DNA of 64,000 nt from an uncultured Acidobacteriota bacterium (GCA_963827655.1 CAWHCF010000044.1:1-64000), one strand, 5' to 3'; shown: positions 11,677-23,207, numbered from the stretch's first letter. Notes: generated by a model from the letters alone, not told the origin. Program-made: numbers and translations.

Positions 11677-12277
11677 ATGCGTGAGGAGTCATACGGGCAG
11701 CAGCAGCTCACCTTAGTAGATAAACTTGGCGTTTACCTTTCGAAGCGACCCGTACTGAATGTCGTGCGTCGTTATCACAAGCCGATGGTCCTGGATGTCG
11801 GCTGCGGTTACCGGGCGAGTTTACTGCGTGAATTACTGCCTGTAATAAGACATGGTGTAGGTATAGATGTGAAAATTAGCGATGCGGCGAAAGGAATACC
11901 GGACCTCAGTTTTCGTGAGCAGCCAATAAGAGAGGGCGTTAAATGAGCTGGAAGGACACCAATTCGACGTGATACTGATGATATCGGTACTGGAGCACCT
12001 TTGGGAACCGCAGCAGGCGCTAACTAGCTGTCGTGAGTTAATGAGCGCGGGTGGCACGCTTCTGGTGAATGTGCCCAATTGGCTCGGCAAGCAATTCCTT
12101 GAGTTGTCCGCCTTCAAGCTGGGGTTGAGCCCGGCTTGTGAAATGGATGATCATAAGATGTATTACGCCAAGCGTGATCTTTGGCCCTTATTGGTACGCG
12201 CAGGATTTAAGCCAAGCTGCATTCGTATGCGTTATCACAAATTTGGACTGAATCTATTTGCGGTTGCTACGAAGTAG
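11677..12277 (+). CDS. Class I SAM-dependent methyltransferase, frameshift near 11935
   Basis: VLDVGCG in 11677..11946; VLEHL..GGTLLVNVP in 11969..12277. Confidence 0.8.
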
Positions 12278-12486
12278 CGAAGAAACGCGAGTTCTACTAC
12301 AAGGCAAATTATTTCACGTTTCTACGTTCGGGCCGATGCTGGTTCGTGGTTAGCGCAGGTATTGAATTCCTCAAGTAGGGGACGAACTGGCCCAAGAGTT
12401 CTTGCCGCGTGTATCTTCTATAATGTCCCAGTATTGAATCGTAGTACCCAACCAAGAAAGGGAGCGCCGGGACTGTAATCAGTACT

Positions 12487-12573
12487 TTACCCCCACTGAG
12501 ATCCCTTTCCGCGTCTGGAGACTACTTCACATCCAAGTGAGGCGAGCTTCCGAGCCACATCGCGATATCTCAT
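12487..12573 (-). pseudogene. hicA: Truncated HicA-family toxin
   Basis: MRYRDVARKLASLGCEVVSRRGKGSQWG* (28 aa); start overlaps the hicB stop (ATGA). Confidence 0.7.
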
Positions 12574-12836
12574 TGCAGAGCCACGAGCGACTCAAGCCAC
12601 AGTGGAGAATCAGGTTCATTCTGTTTCAAGGCCGCGGGGACCGGGCGCCCCAACCGTCGATAGGCATCCAGCAACGCTGCCAAGGCGTCTGGCAGATTCC
12701 CGAGGGCCTCCTGGGCAGTATCGCCTTCTGTCAGTAGCTCCGGAAGGAGAGGGCAGGTAACTGTGTAGCCACCCTCTGGCTGCGGCTCAAGAACTAGAGG
12801 GAGCTTGTAAAGCGTCTCGTGTTTACGTCTGGCCAT
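12570..12836 (-). CDS. hicB: HicB-family antitoxin
   Basis: LEPQPEGGYTVTCPLLPELLTEGDT..EAL motif. Confidence 0.9.
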   Translation of the reverse strand: MARRKHETLYKLPLVLEPQPEGGYTVTCPLLPELLTEGDTAQEALGNLPDALAALLDAYRRLGRPVPAALKQNEPDSPLWLESLVALQ

Positions 12837-12949
12837 GTTTATCCGCGTTCTAATGATGAGCTTTCAGGAAGTGATTCACTCCGATGGCGGCGTACGTGAT
12901 TATACCGCATGTTATTTTGATTGAGGACGGACAACATCGGCCGTTACAT

Positions 12950-13305
12950 GCCGATCCCCGACTAGCGTCTCGGGGTGGGCCAAGAGTTCGAGGTCGAGCG
13001 CATCGACCGCGGTGAATATCGGCTGAAACGAAGAGAGCGACGACGTAATGAAGGCCTGGTCAAACTACTACTCGCCTGTCCCGTAAGGGTTGGTTCAGCC
13101 CGACTGATCGCAGGGAAACCACTGACCACATAAAAGTACCTAAGCTCTCATGATGTTACCTGGTCGATGCAAGGTGCTTAGCGAACCGACGAAGCCGGTT
13201 CCGAGCAGCAAGGTCATTGACTGGTTGACGGCTAACGAGCGGAATCTTGCCGTGGACTCCGTTATTGTGGGCGAACTGTGCGTCGGGATTCTCTCACATC
13301 CGTAC
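12950..13305 (+). pseudogene. Degraded AbrB/MazE-type antitoxin plus PIN (VapC) toxin N-terminus
   Basis: GQEFEVERIDRGEYRL..NEGLV.LLLACP, then YLVD..VLSEPTKP.P...VIDWL...VGEL..GI, cut off by an IS remnant. Confidence 0.65.
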
Positions 13306-13319
13306 GGATACAAGCGTTC

Positions 13320-13456
13320 GAGCAGGTTGTCTTTCTGCAACCCCGGCACAGATATCGACGACGCTTTCCCGTGCTAGTCTGGTAGAAGCCGTAGCGAATG
13401 ACGTTTCCGACGCCCGCCACTGGGCATTTCCTGTTCGGACACCTGAGACTCCTCAT
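13320..13456 (-). pseudogene. IS1-like transposase N-terminal zinc-ribbon fragment
   Basis: CPNRKC..GNVIRYGFYQT.TGKRRRYLCRGCRKT. Confidence 0.65.
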
Positions 13457-13605
13457 TACTCCTGACTCCTGTCCAAACTGGAACTCATTGGTTAGAATCG
13501 AGTCTCAAATGACTATGCACAGGAGTTGCGATCGAACTGCCAACAGTCGACGAGGAAGCACCCCGGCCCGTCTACTGACGCCGTGAACCAAGCAGGAGGA
13601 GCGAC

Positions 13606-14880
13606 ATGACGGTTGTAACGATGGCAGGCGTATGTCTGGCGATGGTGTTATCCTCTGGTGTGGTGGCTGGCCAAACACGGAGTGTTTATTCAGAGTTCGG
13701 TGTCAGAACGATCATCAACGTCGCCGGCAGCGCCACGAGAGTAGGTGGCGCCCAGATGCCGCCGGAGGTTGTGCGGGCGATGGCTGATGCGGCTCTGGAG
13801 TCCGTCTCAATGATGGAGCTTCATGCAGCCGCCAGCCGTCACATCGCCGCGGCAACGGGCGCCGAGGCAGGGTTCATCACGGCAGGCGCCTCCGCCGGTC
13901 TCACGCTGGGAACCGCCGCGATCCTGGCAGGACTCGACCTGGTAAAGATGGAGCGGCTGCCGGACACGACCGGCATGAAGAACGAGTTCATCATCTCGCG
14001 GGAGCATCGCAACGGCTACGACCACGCGATCCGTGTGGCCGGGGCGAAGCTGATCGAAGTCGGGATGAACGAGCAGTTGGCCGGCGCCGGCGTGCGGCGC
14101 ACGGAAGCGTGGGAGTACGAAGCGGCGATCACCGATCGGACCGCAGGCATCGCCTACGTGCTCACCGCGAACAGCCAGCCGCCGCTCGACCAGGTCGTTG
14201 CGGTCGCACGGAAACACGGGCTGCCGGTGCTGGTGGACGCGGCGGGGCAGCTTCCAGCCGGCCTGCGCCGGCTCATTGCGTCGGGCGCCGCCCTTGTGGC
14301 CTGCAGCGGTGGCAAAGGGCTGCAGGGTCCGCAGTCCACCGGGATCCTCTGCGGACGGAGGGATTACATCGCATCGGTGGCGCTGCAGACACTCGACATG
14401 GACGAGCACTTCGAGATCTGGGATCCGCCTGAGGATCTCATCCCGAAGTCGCGCCTGCCGGGACTCCCGCGTCACGGCATTGGACGCGGGTTCAAGGTCG
14501 GCAAGGAAGAAATCATTGGCCTGCTGACCGCGCTGAAGCTCTCCGAGAAAGGCGCGAGCGAGGAGGACGCCGATGCGGCGCGGAAGCATCTCGAATCACT
14601 TGTGAGCGGTCTCAAGGGGCTGCCCGTCGAACCGCGTCTGAACGTCCCGCAAGACAAGGCAGGGATGCCGTCGCTGCAACTCGTTCTCAACCGACAGGTT
14701 CTCGGCCGATCGGCCTTCGATATCGCCCGCGAGCTGAAACGGGGCGACCCGGGCGTGTTCGTCAACGAGCGGTTGCTGGAACAGGAAACGCTTGTGATCA
14801 ACCCGCTGCACCTGGATGGGCCGCGGACCGAAGCGCTCACGCGCCGCCTGCGGGCCGTCTTGTCTGCATCTCCGAGGTAA
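13606..14880 (+). CDS. SelA-like/DgaE-family PLP-dependent enzyme
   Basis: GVRTIINVAG, VLVDAAG, SGGKGLQGPQSTG (PLP Lys), RGFKVGKEEI; GGAG RBS. Confidence 0.85.
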   Translation: MTVVTMAGVCLAMVLSSGVVAGQTRSVYSEFGVRTIINVAGSATRVGGAQMPPEVVRAMADAALESVSMMELHAAASRHIAAATGAEAGFITAGASAGLTLGTAAILAGLDLVKMERLPDTTGMKNEFIISREHRNGYDHAIRVAGAKLIEVGMNEQLAGAGVRRTEAWEYEAAITDRTAGIAYVLTANSQPPLDQVVAVARKHGLPVLVDAAGQLPAGLRRLIASGAALVACSGGKGLQGPQSTGILCGRRDYIASVALQTLDMDEHFEIWDPPEDLIPKSRLPGLPRHGIGRGFKVGKEEIIGLLTALKLSEKGASEEDADAARKHLESLVSGLKGLPVEPRLNVPQDKAGMPSLQLVLNRQVLGRSAFDIARELKRGDPGVFVNERLLEQETLVINPLHLDGPRTEALTRRLRAVLSASPR

Positions 14881-15182
14881 TCGCGCGCCCCGGCGACCTA
14901 GCTGACCATCGCCGGCGCTGGGCTCTTGCTGCGCACGTTCTGGAACCTGTCCCTGGCGAATTCCTAATTACGACAGAAACAGCAGACTGGGGCTTGTCAA
15001 GTTCCCGGATCAGTTTGGCGCCACCAAGGCCGGCAAGGATTGGCCCCCTTCCTGCCCGTCAGACCCACCAGCTGCAGAAATTCGCTTGTTCCTGCGATAC
15101 CTCCGCGATACAAATACCTATCTTTCGAATCACATGAAGGGCGTCGGTATGATACAAGGCATTGTGTGAGGGAGAAGACCCC

Positions 15183-15980
15183 ATGCGTGTCATCGTCTGC
15201 ACTGTTGTTGCGGCATTGGTTCTTGTCTCTGGGTCAATCGCACGTGGTCAAGGAAAGGCTCGGACGCTCGTAGCAGTCTGGGCGCACGCCGACGATGAAG
15301 GGCCGGTCGCGCCGATCCTCGCCCGGTATGCACGTGAGGGCGTCCAGGTCCACATGATCATCGTGACGGATGGCGCGCAGGGTGCCGCCAACACGTCGGT
15401 CCCACGAGGTCCTGAGATTGCTAAGCTGCGCGTGGAGGAGGCACGCTGTTCCGCCCAGGCGCTCGGCATCCATCCCCCGATCCTGCTCGGGTTCCCAGAC
15501 GGTGCGCTTGGCCACTACAACGCGGACCCAGCACTCCTGTTTCGGGTAACGCAGCGTGTGCACGAGGAACTAAAGCGGTTGCGATCAGACGTCCTGATCA
15601 CATGGGGGCCAGACGGTGGTTATGGCCACCCCGACCACCGCATCGTCAGCAGCATCGTGACCCAACTCGTGCGGGCGGGTGCCCCTGGCGTCCCGCAACG
15701 AGTCTTTTACGCCTCTCTCTCCGCTGAAGGCATTCGGGCGATGAATCCGACGCGAGGCGTGCCACCGTTTGTGATTCCCCAAACCGCCTTGTTTACGGTG
15801 CGAGTGCCATTCACCGACGCCGATTTGAACGCCGGACGCCGGTCGTTCGAGTGCCACAAGACGCAGGTCTCACAGGAAGCCATCGACCGGGTCATCCCGG
15901 CGATGAGAGATGCGTGGAAAGGGGAGATTCCGCTGTCCCCGATGGTACCGGAGGCTCCCGCGAATGACGTCTTTCGATAG
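15183..15980 (+). CDS. PIG-L/LmbE-family deacetylase with signal peptide
   Basis: AHADDE, GGYGHPDH and HKTQ motifs. Confidence 0.9.
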   Translation: MRVIVCTVVAALVLVSGSIARGQGKARTLVAVWAHADDEGPVAPILARYAREGVQVHMIIVTDGAQGAANTSVPRGPEIAKLRVEEARCSAQALGIHPPILLGFPDGALGHYNADPALLFRVTQRVHEELKRLRSDVLITWGPDGGYGHPDHRIVSSIVTQLVRAGAPGVPQRVFYASLSAEGIRAMNPTRGVPPFVIPQTALFTVRVPFTDADLNAGRRSFECHKTQVSQEAIDRVIPAMRDAWKGEIPLSPMVPEAPANDVFR

Positions 15981-16535
15981 GTTGCCTGTCATTCGCCAAA
16001 AGCTCGGCCGACCGCCATCTGGGGAGTGTTGATGCCTGCCCAGCCTTGGATCTCTGCTTGCCATCCGCGGTGGGTGTCCGCCGGGTAAGGGGCCGTACGG
16101 AACGAATTTCGCGGAGCGCCCGGCAGAAGGTTGAAAGGTGCAGTGCGAGCATGGTGTCGTCGCAGGGTGAGTGACTATAAGACTGCAGCTAAGAACCGGC
16201 GGACTTACGCCGCGTGTCTCTCGTACCGGTGATGAAGGCCTCCGACTTCCGGAACCTCGACCACCCTTCCTTTCCAATCTGCTCTGCAATAAGGCGGTGG
16301 TGCGCCTTTGTGCGATCGCCTGCGCCCAGGAATCTAGGCGGTCCAAAGCCTGTTTCCTGCCTTCCCTTCCGGGGCCCACCGGCAGTCGGCCTGGCGCGTC
16401 ACTAGGTTGGCCGGAGTCTAGCGCCCCGCGAGTCGGCCCGGCATCGCGCACAGATCACCGGCGCCTAGCAGAGTCTCCAAGGCCGTCAGCGAGCGCAAGG
16501 TTCGCAACCATACCAAGAGCGGGGCCGCACGAAAC

Positions 16536-16900
16536 GTGGAGATGTCGCCGGAGCTGGCCGACGAGTTGCGCAATCACATGGCGATCGTACGGCACTACTT
16601 CGAAGAAAAGGACATGCCGGTCCCGACACTTCTCTTTCCGAGCACGACGGGTTCGGTCCTCGATGTCGACAACGCCGGCGGCCTGTTCAACGAAATCTGT
16701 GCGAGCGCCGGGATCCGCGGTTTTACCCTGTACGATTTGCGTCACACGTACGGGAGCCTGCTCCTCATGCGGGGCGCTAGACCGCAATACGTGCAGCAGC
16801 AGCTCGGGCACGAAACACTCTCCACGACGCTACGCTACTACGCCCACTGGATACCAAGAGAGGTGAAGGAAAGTTACGCGAAGTTGATCGATGCGAGAGC
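16536..16900 (+). pseudogene. Tyrosine recombinase (phage integrase) C-terminal fragment
   Basis: LYDLRHTY, QLGH and TLRYYAHW catalytic motifs; no N-terminal part; frame runs on into the tRNA. Confidence 0.85.
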
Positions 16901-17012
16901 CGGAAGAATACCCGCAAGTTGCGCAGGAATTCCCGATTCTGACTCCAGATTCTGCCTCCAAAGCCGACGGAAGGCAGATTGTGAAATCCGTAAAGCATTT
17001 AGAATGAGTAAG

Positions 17013-17086
<74 letters not shown>

Positions 17087-17358
17087 ATACTGAATTCCCA
17101 ATAACTTACCGGACCAGTCACGCTTGTTCAACCTCGATTTTCTCCATTGGTACCCAATCTGGTACCCAAAAAGCTATCCAGCCTTTCCTCCCGCCAGGAC
17201 TCGCAGAGCTGCCTGACAGGCTGCTCGCTGCCGTCGGTCGAATTCCAGATAGACTCTAGGAAACAAGCGACGAATCTTTGCGGCTGCGCTGGGAAATATC
17301 TCTCTATTCGAGTTGTTCAAAAAGGTGGTAAGTTGGTGGCTCACTCGACGCATCACTT

Positions 17359-20014
17359 ATGCCACTAGAGCCAGATGCTAGATTTGGCCCGTACGAAATC
17401 GTCGCGCCCCTGGGCGCGGGCGGAATGGGCGAAGTCTACCGCGCGCGTGACACCAAGCTCGGACGCGACGTCGCCATCAAGATCCTGCCCCACGAGTTTA
17501 CGAGCGATCCCGAACGCCGCGCCCGCTTCGAGCGCGAGGCGCGGATACTCGCCGCCCTCAATCACCCGAACATCGGTGCAATCTACGGCTTCGAAGACGC
17601 TGACGGCATCCGCGCCTTAGTGCTTGAATTGGTTGACGGCGAGACGCTGGCGGATCGGATCGCCCGACGGCCCTTGCCCCTGAAGGACGCACTACCGACG
17701 GCGCGGCAGATCGCTGAAGCCCTCTATGCCGCGCACGACAAGGGGATCGTCCATCGCGATCTGAAGCCCCGCAACGTGGCGCTGACCCGTGATGGCACGG
17801 TGAAGGTGCTTGACTTTGGGTTGGCGAAAGCGACCGTCCGCGATGACGCGGCAGGAGACGGTTCGGACGCGCCCACGTTGGCCATGGGCGGAACTCGCGC
17901 GGGCGTGGTCCTCGGCACCGCGGCCTACATGAGCCCGGAGCAAGCGCGTGGACAGGCGGTCGATAAGCGCACCGACATCTGGGCGTTCGGTTGCGTGCTG
18001 TACGAGATGCTGACAGGACGTGCCGTGTTTCCGGGCGAGACTATCTCGGACATCATTGCGTCGATTCTTGAGCGCGACCCAGACGTGGAGCGCATTGCCG
18101 GCGAACACGCCGGCCGGGATTCGACAACTGTTGCGGCGGTGTCTGGACAAGGATCCGAACCGCCGGCTGCACGACATCGCTGACGCGCGCATCGAAATTG
18201 ACGACGCCCAGAGCGGCCGGCAGCAGGATGGAGCTGTGGCGCAGCCGGCGGGATCTCCGCGGCGGCTTGCCTGGACGTCGGCCCTGGCGCTCGTCACGCT
18301 GATTGCTGCGGCGATAGGCGTGTGGGCTCTCCGTCCAGTACCCACGGCTCCTGAGGTGCGCCTCGAAATCAACACGCCTCCGACCACGAGTTCATCGCTG
18401 GCGATCGCGCCCGACGGACTAAAGTTGGTCTTTGTGGCAAAGTCCGCAGGCCAGCCTCAGTTGTGGCTGCGGTCGCTGGATTCTTCGTCAGCTCGTCCGT
18501 TGCCAGGAACCGAGCGCGCAACATCACCGTTCTGGTCGCCCGACAGCCGGTCCATCGGCTTCTTTGCAGGTACCAGGCTGAAGCGCATGAGCATCGACGG
18601 CGGATCGGAGCAGACGCTGGCTTCAGATATTGCGGTACCTCTCGGGGGCGCGTGGAACGGTGACGGCACGATCCTCTTTGCCAACAGCCCCGGCGGCGCG
18701 ATTTTCCGCATTTCCGCTGAGGGTGGTGAACCTGCTGCCGCGACACGGATCGAGGCGCCGCAACAACGAGGTCATTCTTCCCCGCGGTTCCTCCCCGATG
18801 GTCGGCATTTTCTCTTCTTTGTGACCGGAAGGCCTGAAGCCCGTGGCGTCTACGTCGGCCAGCTCGACGGATTGGACACGAAGCGCTTGTTCGACGCGAA
18901 TTCATCGGCCGCGTATGCCGCGACCGGGCATCTGCTGTTCATCCGTGAGGGAAAGCTGTTGGCACAAGGCTTCGATCTGGATCGACTGGAGCTCAGGGGA
19001 GACCCGTTTCCGATTGCCGAACTCGCGACGGGCGTAACGGCGGTGTCGACATCGGCTGCGGGGCCTATCGCCTATCGAACGTCGGCAGCGGATAGCGGCC
19101 AGCGGCAGCTCATGTGGGTCAATCGGTCTGGCAGGGAAATGGATAAACTGGTCTATCACGATACCGCGAACGTAGGTCCGTCGCTGTCACGTGATGGCCG
19201 CCGCGTCGCCGTGTACCGGCTTGCCGACGGCAATATGGACCTCTGGTCGTATGACATGAGCCGTCGCGCGTGGGACCGGATCACGTTCGACCCTGGCGAC
19301 GACATTTACCCCCTCTGGTCTCCGGACGGCACCAGCATCGTGTTCGGTTCAGTCCGGAAAACCAACAACGTGGAGAAAACCAACGTCGTGGATCTTTATC
19401 GGAATCTCGTCAACGGCCCGGCGGGAAGTGAGGAGTTGCTCCTCTCGACGTCCCGGGACAAGTTTCCAATCGACTGGTCGGCGGACGGGCGCTTCCTGCT
19501 ATATGACAGTCTCGATCCGAAGCGGGGCTTTGACATGTGGGCGCTGCCGCTGGAGGGAGATCGCAAGGAGCCGTTCGCAGTCGTCCAGACGGACTTCGAC
19601 GAAGGTCTCGGCCAGTTTTCGCCCGACGGAACATGGATCGCCTACCAGTCCAACAAGACGGGTCGCCTCGAAATCTACGTCCGACCGTTTCGCGCTCCCG
19701 GAGGCGACGTGCGGGTTTCGATCGACGGAGGTTCACAAGTGCGTTGGAACCCCAACGGCAAGGAATTATTCTATATCGCAGCGGATAACCGGCTCATGGC
19801 GGTTCCGATCCGCTTCTCTTCAGACGACAAGACCGTCGAACCTGGTACTCCGGTTGGGTTGTTACCCACGAGCGTGGACAGCACGGCCGACCTCAGGTAC
19901 AGACAGCAATACGCCGTGTCGCCGGACGGCCAGTCATTCGTGGTGCACTCCGTTCTGGGAGAAGCCAGCACCTCGCCCATCACCATCATCCTCAATTGGA
20001 AGCCGAAACGTTAG
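17359..20014 (+). CDS. Ser/Thr protein kinase with TM helix and TolB/PD40 beta-propeller, frameshift near 18085
   Basis: GAGGMGEVY, HRDLKP, DFG, YMSPEQ; PD(W)SALP is broken across ORFs 17359..18183 and 18020..20014; repeated WSPDG. Confidence 0.9.
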
Positions 20015-20644
20015 CACTCCCTGTGCGGAAACACGTACTCTTCAAACGCCAGAGATTTGATCCCGAAGCCCAATCGAACGGCGACCAGTGCTGCTCCGTG
20101 CCGATCACTCTGAGCTGAAAATGACTCTTTGCTCCGCATACTGATCGCAAGTACGCCATGCGGGACCCTCGTGCTCACCGAGCCTGCGTGTGTGCTGGAG
20201 CCAAAAACGATCGAAGAGGACAATATGCGAAGTTCCTTGTGGGTGACAGTTCGGGTTAGGCTAGGGCTACGAGGCGCAGCTTCTTGAGCGGCGCCAGCAG
20301 CGCTCGACCGTTTCGAAGTGGGATAGGCACTCCCAATAGTCGACACACATTTCCGGAGAGGAGCTTGGAGGATCCTATTTACTGAAATAAGTGTAACGAA
20401 CCCGATTATAAAAACACCTATGGTGATCAGCCAGCGGGAGCCCTTCTCAATGTCGATGGCGGGGATGGAGACAGTGATCTCAAGAAAAACCAACCGCCTA
20501 CTCTCTCAAGATCCTACGATTGAGCTGTTGTACTTTCCCCTCCTCACAAGGATCATACGGGTGAGATTATATGAGTAACAGCCCAGGCATGGCTGTCCCA
20601 CGGACAGCGATGCAAACAACTTGTAGCCACCAGAGCTGACGTTT

Positions 20645-23207
20645 ATGTCTCAGCAAATTTTGACAGAATCACGGGAGAAAACGAAGCAGCGGCATGTCGA
20701 ACGCCGCGAGCCTAGCCGGGTTTCTGCCCAATCAATTCAAGGCGGACTCCATCCTATCGCCCAACTGCAAAGAATGTTGGCAACCGGCGTCTGGCGCAGT
20801 TGATTCAAGCCAAGCGGCTTACACCTGAAGGGAAGATTATTGGTCTTCAGCGAAAACTGACCGTCGGCTCCGCTGATGACCAATACGAGCAGGAAGCCGA
20901 TCGGGTGGCGTTCCAGGTGATGAACGTACCGGATGCCGTGGCCGCAGCCTCTGAAGAACGAGCGCCTCTATTAGGAGGAGTACAGAATCAGACACCGCAG
21001 ACCAAGCCGACGGCTGCCTCAATCACACCGATTGTGCACCGGCAAGGGGCGAGCACCGAGGAGGAAAGACGAAGCAGAACCGATCCAGGGCCACTCTGCG
21101 GGCGCACTGCGTGACACCTTTGAAGCGGGCGCCAATGTCGAAACGCGGGTTAACCTGAGCAAAGGAGGCGGCAGTCCATTGCCGGACCCGGTGCGCGCCT
21201 ACATGGAGCCCCGGTTTGGTGTGGACTTCAGTCATGTACGCGTCCATACGGGAAGTGACGCTCTGCAGATGAATCAAGCCGTCGGAGCCCAAGCCTTCAC
21301 CCACGGCTCCGACATTTACTTTGGCGCTGGTCACAGCCCCACCAATCTAGACCTCACCGCGCACGAGCTCACGCACGTCGTGCAGCAGACGGGCGGTGTC
21401 CCGCTCCAGACGAAAAAACAGGAAGAGGCAGGAGCGCCACCCGACCCTGAGCCTTCCATCCAACGGATCTGTGTATTCCTGTGCTGCAGACGACAGACAA
21501 GAAAAAGGGTCTGAGCCTATTTCTCCACAAACTGAATCGACTGCGCATGCAAGCCCATCAGTTTCTGAGGGAGCTGCCGAGCCGGGCGGGGATGGCGCGG
21601 GCCAGCGGGTCCAGGACGTCAGGAGTCGTCGTGGATGCGAGGCTCATGCTCGAGGTCGCGGCGACGGGCCTGGGACTCCAGGAGCTGACGATCGAGGCCT
21701 CCGTGGGGCGGGGCGGCAAGAACCGGCCGCGCGACGTCGCCGCCGTCGCCGCCCGGCTGCTCGGCGTGGGTTATCCGCCGGGATCCACCCTCAGCGAGCT
21801 CGCTGACGCGATCACGCGTTATCAGGCCGAGGTCGTCGGCATGCCGCGTCAGGACGGTCGCGTCGACCCGGGCGGCCAGACGATCGCTGCGCTCGCCGCG
21901 ATGAAGCGCGCGCCCGCCGCGGCCGAGCCGCCTGCGGAGACGCCCGCCCCTGCTACACCCCCGCCTGCTGCAGAGCCTCCAGCTGCCCCGCCGCCTGCGG
22001 CGACGCCCGCCCCCGCCGCCGCCGGTCCGCGCGGCACGCCACAGGACCCGGAGCTCGCCCAGCTCGTGGCCGTGGCGCGCAACCCGGAAGTCGATGCCGC
22101 AGCCGGAGAGCTGGCAAGCCTGGAGAAGAAGTTCATGGGCCTCAAGCGCTCCTCGAAAAACGAGGAGGTCGGCGAGGGCCGCGACGAGCTCGTGGAGGGC
22201 TTCCGCTCCTTGCGCACGCGGATCGCCGCGTTCGACAAGGCGGGGCTGGACCCCAAGGTGGCCGCCGCCCTCAAGCCCCGCTTCTACCGCGCGATGAACG
22301 CGATCTCGCCCTTCTACTACCAGGGGCTGAACATCATCCTCGAGTTCGACCGGGTGAACAAGACGACTGGGAAGCTCGAGCACGTCTGGAACACGTGCAA
22401 CATCACCTCGCTGGCGATGACCCTCGAGGCGCTCGGGAAGTCGGCGGCCGACTACAAGTACAAGGCGCTGATCCCGCCCATCGCGCAGGTGTTCGAGAAG
22501 GACGTGAAGGCGCAGGAGGAGGGCGGGCGCACGACAAGGTGGGCACCGAGCTGAGCGGGCTGCGCCTCCCGGACTACATCGCGATGGCCGCGATCGCGTG
22601 GAAGATGGGGTACAAGACCGGCTCACCCGAAGACATCCTGAAGGGAGGAAACGCCGCCTTCAACTCCGTTGCCAGCGCCGAGGCGGTGATGCGGCTGGCA
22701 AAGGACTTCGGCGCGAGCGTCAAGTACGGCGAGTTCAAGCTCGATCCCGGCGCGAAGAAGGACGCTGGTCAGCGGGCTTTGAAGCAGTTCGGCGCCAAGC
22801 ACTCCAAGCAGGCCGACGTAAAAGCCGAGGCGGAGACCAGGCTGCGCGAGATCGAGCGCCTGCTGGAGCGAGAGACCAACCCTGCCAAGCGCGCGAAACT
22901 CGAAAAGGAGAAGGCGAAATTGCAGGCGAAACTGGCCAAGGTGGGACCCTTATCGGACGCCGCCATCGAAAGCGCCCTCCCCCTCGAGCAGTACAAGCAG
23001 ACCGTCCTGGCGCAGATCGGTCCGGAGCTTGACAGCGGCCGCCAGATCGTCGTCGGCCAGCACAACCATTTCGTCCGCCTGCAGGCCGTGACCGACGAGT
23101 TCGTCATCAAGGACGACCCGGGCGGGTTCACGCGCGGGAACATGCAGGCGACGTGGGAGGAGGCCCGGGCAATGGGCCTGTTTTGGCACTGGATATCGAT
23201 TGGCTGA
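20645..23207 (+). CDS. eCIS-core (DUF4157) protein with PG-binding-like and papain/C39-like C-terminal domains, multiple frameshifts
   Basis: QLQR..GN, QRKLTVG..D.YEQEADRVA, MEPRFG.DFS.VRVH, AHELTHVVQQ; SVGRGGKN; CNITSLAM...HFVRL...DDP. Confidence 0.75.

Noticed and set aside
7902-12277. Programmed frameshifting or phase variation in the glycan cluster
   Set aside because: Breaks are not at long homopolymers or obvious slippery sites; sequencing error or decay is simpler
13606-14880. True selA / selenocysteine system
   Set aside because: Lacks the SelA N-terminal domain; no selB, selC, selD or in-frame UGA selenoprotein was seen
16116-16125. gcgcccggca as a third att copy
   Set aside because: Only 10 nt and GC-rich, so it could easily be chance
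20011-20493. 160-aa minus-strand ORF as an immunity gene
   Set aside because: No motif or RBS support, and it is divergent from rather than downstream of the effector
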